32,000 bases of DNA, from positions 1 through 32,000 of the forward strand of contig QYQE01000046.1 in assembly GCA_007280335.1 (NCBI GenBank), given 5' to 3'. Below the pieces are notes generated by a model that saw only the letters and a program-made list of their open reading frames with translations, did not search any database and had not been told where the DNA came from. Shown in pieces: positions 8,697 to 16,245 of the stretch (the stretch's first letter is position 1; every line of letters begins with the position of its first letter). Origin of the DNA: Nitrosopumilales archaeon (GTDB lineage Archaea; Thermoproteota; Nitrososphaeria; Nitrososphaerales; Nitrosopumilaceae). A program made the translations under genes and the position numbers.

Positions 8697-9445
8697 TAAC
8701 CACTTGCATAGTCTTCCCACATGTTAGAATGTGTTGTAAGCTTGTTCATTTGATAGAATATTCCACCCACAATTCCTGCTTGATAGAATGCATAAAGGTA
8801 GACCTGAGAGTGTGTTGGGTCACCATGGGTAAGTGTTATGGATATCATGGAAAAGAAGATGAATGTTCCAACAAATATGAAGATCTTGCTTAGAAATCCT
8901 TCCATTCCTATAATTCGTTTTGTAGCAGCTGCCATTATTGTAATACTGGATATGATTAGAAATGTTAGACCGCCGTTAACCTGAACAAATTCTGTTGCCC
9001 ATGGAATTAATCCGTCTGTAAAAATTGATTTGTGAACTGGACTAGCTCCTCCATGCAATGCAAAAGATACTGACGTAAAAAGAGCACCCATCATAAACAA
9101 AAACAAAAATAATTTTACAATTGCGCGTTTTATTGGACTCCTTGTTTCAGATGGCTTCATAACCCGGTCTGTCATTCTAAGGCCATAAAGAAAACCTATA
9201 CCAAAAGAAGGTGCAAACATTAAATCAATTAAGATTGGTGACTGCTTAATCGCTCTATCTATATCAGGACCAAGAATCAAATATGAAATTAATGCAGACG
9301 CTGCAGCTCCTACAAAAATACTGATATCAACCCAGCTTCGGTTATGCCTAAGATCGTAGATATCTGGTCCCCATTCGTCCATTAGATTTGTACTTGAAAA
9401 AAGCATTAAAGAAATGAATCCAAATTCTTTTGCCCATTTTATCAA
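8693..9445 (-). CDS. Polytopic membrane protein of unknown function
   Basis: 250-aa ORF with several hydrophobic helices; convergent with the upstream gene through a shared CTAG. Confidence 0.75.
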   Translation of the reverse strand: MIKWAKEFGFISLMLFSSTNLMDEWGPDIYDLRHNRSWVDISIFVGAAASALISYLILGPDIDRAIKQSPILIDLMFAPSFGIGFLYGLRMTDRVMKPSETRSPIKRAIVKLFLFLFMMGALFTSVSFALHGGASPVHKSIFTDGLIPWATEFVQVNGGLTFLIISSITIMAAATKRIIGMEGFLSKIFIFVGTFIFFSMISITLTHGDPTHSQVYLYAFYQAGIVGGIFYQMNKLTTHSNMWEDYASGY

Positions 9446-9486
9446 CTCTCTTTACCTTTTATTGACTATTGTGCTTAAGTTAACTA

Positions 9487-9708
9487 ATGAAAATTGGGAA
9501 ACCGATATCTGGAATTGGAATAGTTGTTATAATTTTTGGAATAGTGTTTTTTCTTCAAGGGCAATCTCTAGTTGGCCCAAAATCATCATTCATGTATTCA
9601 AATCCCCAATGGGTAATTAACGGACAATGGATTATAATTTTAGGAATAATTATTTTTGTAGCGGGATTGTTAATATTGAGAATTAATTCACAATTCCCAA
9701 AGTCATAG
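9487..9708 (+). CDS. Small two-TM membrane protein
   Basis: 73 aa with two strongly hydrophobic helices separated by a short hydrophilic loop; fills the intergenic gap. Confidence 0.6.
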   Translation: MKIGKPISGIGIVVIIFGIVFFLQGQSLVGPKSSFMYSNPQWVINGQWIIILGIIIFVAGLLILRINSQFPKS

Positions 9709-9913
9709 TTGATCTTACTTTGTCTAGTTTACGAATTTTTTTTGTTATTATGCTATCCATCTGTGCTTCGGTTTCAGTTTCTACTTCTACGACTATGTCA
9801 TAATCTCCATATACAATTCTCGCATCTTTGACTCTGTCCATTTTTGAAAGCTTAGACACAATATCATTTTCAGCTCCAAGTTCACAGCCTATGAGGACAT
9901 ATGCTTTTTCCAT
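9683..9913 (-). CDS. Lrp/AsnC ligand-binding (RAM) domain protein without HTH
   Basis: AYVLIGCELGAENDIVSKLSKMDRVKDARIVYGDYDIVVEVE.. typical of Lrp/AsnC C-terminal domain. Confidence 0.82.
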   Translation of the reverse strand: MEKAYVLIGCELGAENDIVSKLSKMDRVKDARIVYGDYDIVVEVETETEAQMDSIITKKIRKLDKVRSTMTLGIVN

Positions 9914-10074
9914 AATATTCTACTAGAGTACGATCTTAAATCTTTATTCTGTTTATTTTCTGTCCGTCTTAGTTGTAGGATATTTTAGGTTATATACATA
10001 TTTCAGGTACTTGATAGCAGTAAGCTTTGTGTAGAATATGATGAATATGTCTCGAGCATGGCAATTGTGAAAGT

Positions 10075-11274
10075 TTAGAAACCTGCAGCAATAGGATCTG
10101 ACGGTTTCATTATCTCACGTAATAGAATAGTTGCATATGATCCCCGAGATAACGTAAAACTTACAAATGGCTCCGTTATGGAAAAACTTTCACATTTTAT
10201 TGTTGCTTGTCTGAATCCGCCTTCATCACTTACTTCTTGCATTTCTTTTGAAAAGAAATTTCTTGCATGAATTTGTTCTTTTTCTAAAACTTTGGAAATT
10301 TGATAGTCAAATCTATTTTTTTTAGAATAAGAATATCCTACTAGGGGTATTGCTAGTCTTTGGTCTGGATCATTTTGGTATCTTCCAAGATTATTTTTCT
10401 TATCAAAACAAACGTCTCCTTCTTTTGGTAAAAATAATTCTTCACCTTGCTCAAAAGCTTGACTCACAGCACAATTGAATACGTAAGACTGAAAGGCTTG
10501 AACAAAAAATCTTCTCAGGGAAAGAGGAATTGCTCTTATGGCTTTGATGGCATCTCCATGTTGCACCATTTCATCGAGCACCATGCTTTCAATATCCATT
10601 TGATGAGGGATTTCTTGCAAAGCTTTTGAATAATTTGACTTGTCTTCAAGCATTTTTCTTATTTTATTATTTTCCACTGAATCATATTCTGAGCTAAAAG
10701 AAAGAAGCAGATGAACTGCTAGTTCAAAATCATTTTGTAAAATGGCTTTTCCTATGAGATGAGAGACTGGTCTTTTACTGCCAAATCTTTGATATCCAAA
10801 AAAGTTTAGAATTTTCTCACATTCCTTAAAATTGTCAATTTTTGTAAAATCGGCATCTTGGATTTTTATCTTAAAATGATTTCCAATCATGTCTTTTTTT
10901 GTAAGTGGTTTTGCAACAAACCCTATTCGTATAAGTTCATATCTGTTGGTGGAGAATTTCTCAGGTGATTTCGAGGTATTTGTATCACACACAAATTGTT
11001 CGGTTATAGCACTGGCGTCCTTGAGTCCTAATGCCTTTAATCTTAAACCATGAATTTTAAAAATTTCAGAAAGGGCGTGATTTGTATCAATTCCGTGTTT
11101 TTTTAACTTGTATACTGCATAACTTCCCATCTGGGAGATTTTAGATAATGTTCTCTGATCTAAAATTTCAGATACAAAAAAATCATCTTGATTTGATCGT
11201 ATCTTTCCGCCAATGCCTTCAAAGTTTGTACTGTATACAAAGATCCCTATGCTGTGATCAATCTTTGGAATCAC
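10075..11274 (-). CDS. truD: tRNA pseudouridine synthase D
   Basis: LKALGLKDASAITEQ, NFFGYQRFGSKRPVSHLIGKAIL, RRFFVQAFQSYVFN are TruD motifs. Confidence 0.9.
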   Translation of the reverse strand: MIPKIDHSIGIFVYSTNFEGIGGKIRSNQDDFFVSEILDQRTLSKISQMGSYAVYKLKKHGIDTNHALSEIFKIHGLRLKALGLKDASAITEQFVCDTNTSKSPEKFSTNRYELIRIGFVAKPLTKKDMIGNHFKIKIQDADFTKIDNFKECEKILNFFGYQRFGSKRPVSHLIGKAILQNDFELAVHLLLSFSSEYDSVENNKIRKMLEDKSNYSKALQEIPHQMDIESMVLDEMVQHGDAIKAIRAIPLSLRRFFVQAFQSYVFNCAVSQAFEQGEELFLPKEGDVCFDKKNNLGRYQNDPDQRLAIPLVGYSYSKKNRFDYQISKVLEKEQIHARNFFSKEMQEVSDEGGFRQATIKCESFSITEPFVSFTLSRGSYATILLREIMKPSDPIAAGF

Positions 11275-11277
11275 TTC

Positions 11278-12837
11278 TTATTTTATGGTGACTGTCACAT
11301 ACTTTGATATTGTAACTTCATGATATCTTGCGCCAATTAGAACTTTGTATGTTCCTGTAAGTGCAAAATTATCTGCAGAAATATTTATTGAAATAGTCTT
11401 TGGCTGATTTGTCATGGTGACTTGATGATTACCAGAAACAATAATATCGTTAGTATTTGCAGTATTTGACGTAACTAAAGTAACAGGATCAACGATTTGT
11501 TCATTTGGGATTATTGTAAATGATATAGTTGAATTATCACCTCTGTGACTGATAATATCAGTTGGAGTTACACTTACATCCATTGCAAGTGATGCATTTG
11601 GATCAAGAACGCCAATGTTATTTTCAACCCACTCTGTAAACCACACTTTATCATCACTTGTTGTAAAATCAAGCACTTGAGCTACTCCACAATCATGCAT
11701 GTATCCACAGTCAGACCAGTTTGGATTTTTAGAAGGAACGAGATATTCTACAAGAGAACCTTTTACAGGATCAAAAACACCTATACTGTTTGCCACCTGT
11801 TCATTAAACCACATTCTGCCTTTGTCATCGATCTGACTCCAATATAGTCTTGAAATCGGTGTCTTGATCAATCCTGACGCATTACCATATGTAGACTCTG
11901 GAGGCATTGAAGTGATAAATTTTGTAAATTGTTGTGATTGTTGATCAAAACTAAAAAAGATACTACTTGCGGTATCGGTAATCCATATTTTACCATCTTT
12001 TTCTACTGATATTCCATTTGGAGCTAAAATTCCTAGAGGAAGAATAAATTGAGTTTTGTTGCCTGTTTGGGGATCGTATCTTACCAGATTTCCTCCTTGT
12101 TGATATGTCCAAACCGTATACCAGATTTTTCCATTAGAATCAACTGTCATATCGCTAGTAAAATTATAGTTTCCAGGAGAATGTATTGTTGAATAATCTA
12201 TGGTAGAACCAACCTGATCTACATTAAAAGATGTTATTTTTCTTCCTACAAAATCATTTATTAAAATTTCTTTACCGTTTATGACAATCATTTGAGGAAA
12301 TGATTCGCTTTGACCAGGTGTTGTTGGATAATTGAAATTAGCGTATTTTTTATCAGTAGGAGAGAATTTCCAAATTAGATTGTGTCCAGAATCTGTATAC
12401 CATATGTTTCCATCAGGTGCATGACCAATTCCCCACATCATTGATTTTTCATGTGATTGCCATAATGGATTTGCATATTCTGTAAAGTTTTTAGTGGAAG
12501 GATCAAACTTGGCAATATTTCCTGTATTTGATTCGGTAAACCAGACATTTCCATCGGAGTCTGTTGTTATGCCTAATGGCTGTGTACATGCAGTAGGGAT
12601 CTTGAATTCTGTTATGTATTTGTTAGATTTTGCATCACTAGTTTCACAAAATATTGGACGGTCTTTGTCTTTGTAATTGTCTGCAGGCGTGTGCGTTATT
12701 GTAGTATCAGTGGTTTGAGCTGTATTTTTTGGATTACCAAAACCGCCAAATAACGCCACGGTTGAACTTCCTACCATTATTGCTCCAAACGCGACAGCCA
12801 TTATAATCATTAGAATTTTTTTGTTTTTCTTCTTCAC
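11278..12837 (-). CDS. Membrane-anchored beta-propeller (Vgb/NHL/SMP-30-like) with C-terminal Ig-like domain
   Basis: Repeated propeller motifs GNVWFTESNTGNIAKFDP, GNIWYTDSGHNLIWKFSP, GKIWITDTASSIFFSFD, GRMWFNEQVANSIGVFDP, DKVWFTEWVENNIGVLDP; N-terminal TM. Confidence 0.8.
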   Translation of the reverse strand: MKKKNKKILMIIMAVAFGAIMVGSSTVALFGGFGNPKNTAQTTDTTITHTPADNYKDKDRPIFCETSDAKSNKYITEFKIPTACTQPLGITTDSDGNVWFTESNTGNIAKFDPSTKNFTEYANPLWQSHEKSMMWGIGHAPDGNIWYTDSGHNLIWKFSPTDKKYANFNYPTTPGQSESFPQMIVINGKEILINDFVGRKITSFNVDQVGSTIDYSTIHSPGNYNFTSDMTVDSNGKIWYTVWTYQQGGNLVRYDPQTGNKTQFILPLGILAPNGISVEKDGKIWITDTASSIFFSFDQQSQQFTKFITSMPPESTYGNASGLIKTPISRLYWSQIDDKGRMWFNEQVANSIGVFDPVKGSLVEYLVPSKNPNWSDCGYMHDCGVAQVLDFTTSDDKVWFTEWVENNIGVLDPNASLAMDVSVTPTDIISHRGDNSTISFTIIPNEQIVDPVTLVTSNTANTNDIIVSGNHQVTMTNQPKTISINISADNFALTGTYKVLIGARYHEVTISKYVTVTIK

Positions 12838-12879
12838 AAAAGACGAACAAATATTCCTTGTTATATCTTATTCTAAGAA

Positions 12880-13425
12880 TTACCTTTTCTTTATAGCGAG
12901 GGTTTTTTGTACCTCGTTCATACTACTGATGAATTTCTGCTTTGCTTCATATTCATCTGATACTTTGACGACAATTTCAGATGACGAAAACATGACATCC
13001 TTGACTAAGATTGGAGCGCTTAGTCCTAGCAGCTCGCTCAATATATCAAATATGTTGTTAAACTTGGTTCCGTTCTTGTACCTGAAGATTGTATTACCTT
13101 CGGATAATTTTGGGGGTAATTCTAACGGGATCACCAACTCTGAAGAAATAACCTCTGTAACAAAAGTATTGGTGTCATTTTTTATCATCTCACCTAATTT
13201 TTCTTTTTCAGACACAAGCTCATTTTTTATCTTTTCAAGTTCGCCTAATTCATCATGATATTGTTCTCCTACCATCTTTGCAAAGGTAGATTCGGTGACA
13301 CTCTTTAGTGGTACTTCGTGGATTCTAAAATTAACTCTGGCAAGCTCAGCTTCTACATTGGTTAATTGTTGTCTGTTGGATTTTATCCTCCCAGCTACCT
13401 CTTCAAGATACTGAAAATCAACCAT
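12880..13425 (-). CDS. Coiled-coil protein of unknown function, adjacent downstream of the tubulin-like gene
   Basis: 181 aa; two predicted coiled segments (IKSNRQQLTNVEAELARVN; LGELEKIKNELVSEKEKLGEMIKN) and a globular C-terminus; 10-nt gap to the upstream gene. Confidence 0.82.
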   Translation of the reverse strand: MVDFQYLEEVAGRIKSNRQQLTNVEAELARVNFRIHEVPLKSVTESTFAKMVGEQYHDELGELEKIKNELVSEKEKLGEMIKNDTNTFVTEVISSELVIPLELPPKLSEGNTIFRYKNGTKFNNIFDILSELLGLSAPILVKDVMFSSSEIVVKVSDEYEAKQKFISSMNEVQKTLAIKKR

Positions 13426-13435
13426 CTTTCAATAC

Positions 13436-14824
13436 CTAACTAAACTGATGAACTACGTCCATCAGACTCTGCTTGAATTCTTCTGTAGTCAAACCCCATC
13501 TGCCATATTCCTCCTTGTAAGCATCCCATGAGACTTCTGCTTCACTAGCAATTTCAAGTATTTTTGGTCCTATTGCCTTTGTGTTGACTAGAATTGTGAT
13601 GTTTGCCTGTTCACTTTCAAGTATTGGTATCTTGACAAAAATCATTCTAGAGTCTTCAATGTTAAATCTGTCTTTGATGATTGCCTTGAGAGCATCTCTT
13701 TCTTTTACATCAAATTCTCCGCTAACTTTGACTAGTGCACAACAAGAGTCCTTTGGACCGCCCTTGTCTCGAACATCATTTTCATCAATATCAAACAAAA
13801 GTGCATCTTCTTTTTTATGAATGTGCTCAACAATTCTTTCCATGGTGTTACTTTTTCCTTTTGACATTAGATCTGTGCTCCATATTTTTTCCTCAGATAT
13901 GATTGGGATGACCCATGGGATGGCAAATTTTGGACGTTTTGTTGCAAGCCATGTTCTATAGTTTGACATGTCCCACTCTGTTTCTCTTGCAAATGATGAA
14001 ACAAACATCGAAATGGCACTTGCTGCAATCAGATTCATACCGCGATAATCCTTCCAACCTATTTCTTGTTCTTTTGGAAGATCATCAATTATTGATGGAA
14101 TCTTGTCCAACTTTTTTTCAAATTTATGAGCTAACAGTCTTAGAGTTTTATTTGAAAAGATAATTGAACAATCACTATATTTTATCTGATATTCTAAATT
14201 CATTACGATGTTTATTGCAGCGGCTTCAAAAATTATAGGATCCCAGCCAAACTCTGGTAAAAGCCCCAATGTTGCAATGGTTGCATGTTCCTTAGTGTCT
14301 TTTTTTATGTATTGAATAAATGCACTTGCAAAAGAACTACCAGTTCCACCTCCCATTGCAAACGGTACACAGAATCCCCTTACTGGTTCTGGTGAAAGAG
14401 CTGCAATTTGTTTTTGCATATCGAATTTGGAGCTTACCTCTTTTATGAAACGCGTTCTGCCCTCTGCCCAATTTCTTGCTGCTCCACCTGAACCATGAAT
14501 GACATGTTTGTCCCTTAAAGCAAAAAGATCAGGATATGATTGTAAAATGAGATTGGCAGCTCTTGGATCCAAGTCGATTAGTAATGCTCTTGGGATAAGT
14601 GGTATCTCACCACTTCCATATGATGGTGGAAATCTTAGAATGGTACTGCCATACCTTTTGAGTACTCTTGATTCTTCTTTTTCGCCTTTAAGTGTAGGTT
14701 TGAGCGGGTTTGCCCCCACATCAAGCAGTAATCTTCTGTATGCCTCTGCACCTAATCCTATGCCACAATGACCAAAACATGTCATTAGCACCGGGGCTGG
14801 TGGTAGTGGATCAAACTTGGACAA
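13436..14824 (-). CDS. Tubulin homologue of the artubulin class
   Basis: 462 aa, TTG start. Matches eukaryotic tubulin loops: CFGHCGIGLG (GQCGNQIG), LIPRALLIDLDP (HVPRAVFVDLEP), GSGGAARNWAEG (GKEDAANNYARG), GGGTGSS (GGGTGSG), YSDCSIIFSNKTL (HSDCAFMVDNEAI). Confidence 0.88.
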   Translation of the reverse strand: MSKFDPLPPAPVLMTCFGHCGIGLGAEAYRRLLLDVGANPLKPTLKGEKEESRVLKRYGSTILRFPPSYGSGEIPLIPRALLIDLDPRAANLILQSYPDLFALRDKHVIHGSGGAARNWAEGRTRFIKEVSSKFDMQKQIAALSPEPVRGFCVPFAMGGGTGSSFASAFIQYIKKDTKEHATIATLGLLPEFGWDPIIFEAAAINIVMNLEYQIKYSDCSIIFSNKTLRLLAHKFEKKLDKIPSIIDDLPKEQEIGWKDYRGMNLIAASAISMFVSSFARETEWDMSNYRTWLATKRPKFAIPWVIPIISEEKIWSTDLMSKGKSNTMERIVEHIHKKEDALLFDIDENDVRDKGGPKDSCCALVKVSGEFDVKERDALKAIIKDRFNIEDSRMIFVKIPILESEQANITILVNTKAIGPKILEIASEAEVSWDAYKEEYGRWGLTTEEFKQSLMDVVHQFS

Positions 14825-15006
14825 TATTACTCACCATTATACAGAATCATTTGTCTCTTTAACCAACAAGTGCAAGAATGTAAAGTGTCAACTTGACTGT
14901 TATAGACATTAAACTGTGATAATAGCAATATTTGTCAGCCTATGACAGTCTTGGTGTGATTACATTTAAGATTTAAGGAGAAAAGATTCATCTAAAACAA
15001 AATTCA

Positions 15007-15375
15007 TTAGGTTTCTTTTAGTACTTTCTTTAACTCTTGGAATTCTTCAATGGTGATCTCTCCAGCGGCAAGTCGATTTTTTAGAATTTTAATAGCACTG
15101 CTTCCTTTTGATTGAACTTTTTCTGATTTTTTACTTGTTTCTGATTTTTTATTTTGTCCTTTGGTGTTTTTTGATTTGATTTCTTTTTCAGACTTGGTTT
15201 GTTCTTGTTCCTCTAGAGTTTTAATTAGACTTTCTACATATTTGTAATCTGACAAGTATAGGGGTGTTCCATGTTTTAGTACATTGAAAATCTCATGTAG
15301 TCTATTACTGTCTCCTTTCCCAGAATCAATTAGTTTTTGAACTGTTTTTATTAAATTATCAGACAATTTTTTCAC
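15007..15375 (-). CDS. Small protein with lineage-specific N-terminal module and C-terminal SHOCT-like segment
   Basis: GTG start immediately after the stop of the TPR gene; C-terminal IKILKNRLAAGEITIEEFQELKKVL. Confidence 0.75.
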   Translation of the reverse strand: MKKLSDNLIKTVQKLIDSGKGDSNRLHEIFNVLKHGTPLYLSDYKYVESLIKTLEEQEQTKSEKEIKSKNTKGQNKKSETSKKSEKVQSKGSSAIKILKNRLAAGEITIEEFQELKKVLKET

Positions 15376-16197
15376 CTATTTTACCAGTGTCCTAAATCGC
15401 AAGTCATCTTTTATACTCTTAAATGATTTGTCCTTTATTGCCCATTTTTTAATAGTTTTACCATAATATGATATAGCTTCTGCAAGTAGGATCAATGAAT
15501 CATTAATTTCACCAATCTCTGCCTTGCTGCGGGATTTGGCATATATCACATTGCCATTTTTTGGATGTTCTTTTAAGACTAGATCAAACGCTGAAATGGC
15601 ATCTAAATGCCTGCCAAGCTCGGCTAGTTCGGTTCCTCTGTAAAATGATACCTCATTATGTTGAGGATCTATCTTGAGTACACTATCAAAACAGGCAAGT
15701 GCTCCCTCATGTTTTTTCTGTTTACCAAGCACCAATCCTTTGTAAAACAACGCATCGATGTTTTGTGGTTCTAATTCCAGACAATGATCAAGACAAGATA
15801 TTGCTTCTTCGTATAGACCAAGTTTATTTTTTGCAATTGCTTTATTGTAAAAGGATGCAGCGTAATCTGGTTTGATTTTCAATGCTTTGTCATATGATGC
15901 TATGGCCTGTTCATAATGATCTAGTTCTGCAAGTGCATTTCCTATGTTGTTAAGAGCGGCAACATGTTTTGGATCTACTTCTAAAATTTTTTCAAAGCAT
16001 GATATTGCATCCCTGTTTTTATCAAGATTAGTCAGTGCAAGTCCCTTGTGGTACAAGGCATCGACATTTTGAGGATCTGTTTTTAGAACCTTGTCAAAAA
16101 ATGAAATCGCATCCTTGTGTTTGCTAAGCTTGGCAAGTGAGATTCCTTCAGAAATTAACACGTCAATGCCCTTTGCCGGTTCAAAAAACTTCATCAA
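15376..16197 (-). CDS. TPR-repeat protein
   Basis: Tandem 34-aa repeats, e.g. AISCFEKILEVDPKHVAALNNIGNALAELDHYEQAIASYDKALKIKPDYAASFYNKAIAKNKLG. Confidence 0.92.
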   Translation of the reverse strand: MMKFFEPAKGIDVLISEGISLAKLSKHKDAISFFDKVLKTDPQNVDALYHKGLALTNLDKNRDAISCFEKILEVDPKHVAALNNIGNALAELDHYEQAIASYDKALKIKPDYAASFYNKAIAKNKLGLYEEAISCLDHCLELEPQNIDALFYKGLVLGKQKKHEGALACFDSVLKIDPQHNEVSFYRGTELAELGRHLDAISAFDLVLKEHPKNGNVIYAKSRSKAEIGEINDSLILLAEAISYYGKTIKKWAIKDKSFKSIKDDLRFRTLVK

Positions 16198-16245
16198 AAT
16201 TACTTTATCTTATGTTTGAGATTAATATTGCGATATTTCTTTTGA

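Noticed and set aside
10037-10102. Possible C/D box sRNA (ATGATGA then CTGA)
   Set aside because: No D'/C' pair, and it overlaps the 3' end of truD; motifs this short are expected by chance in AT-rich DNA.
11278-12837. Virginiamycin B lyase / antibiotic resistance function
   Set aside because: Only the propeller repeat similarity is visible; no reason to assign lyase activity in an archaeal membrane-anchored protein.
12821-14771. Plus-strand ORFs over the tubulin/coiled-coil genes (12821..13258, 13581..13820, 13915..14163, 14499..14771)
   Set aside because: Shadow ORFs; the minus-strand translations show conserved tubulin loops.
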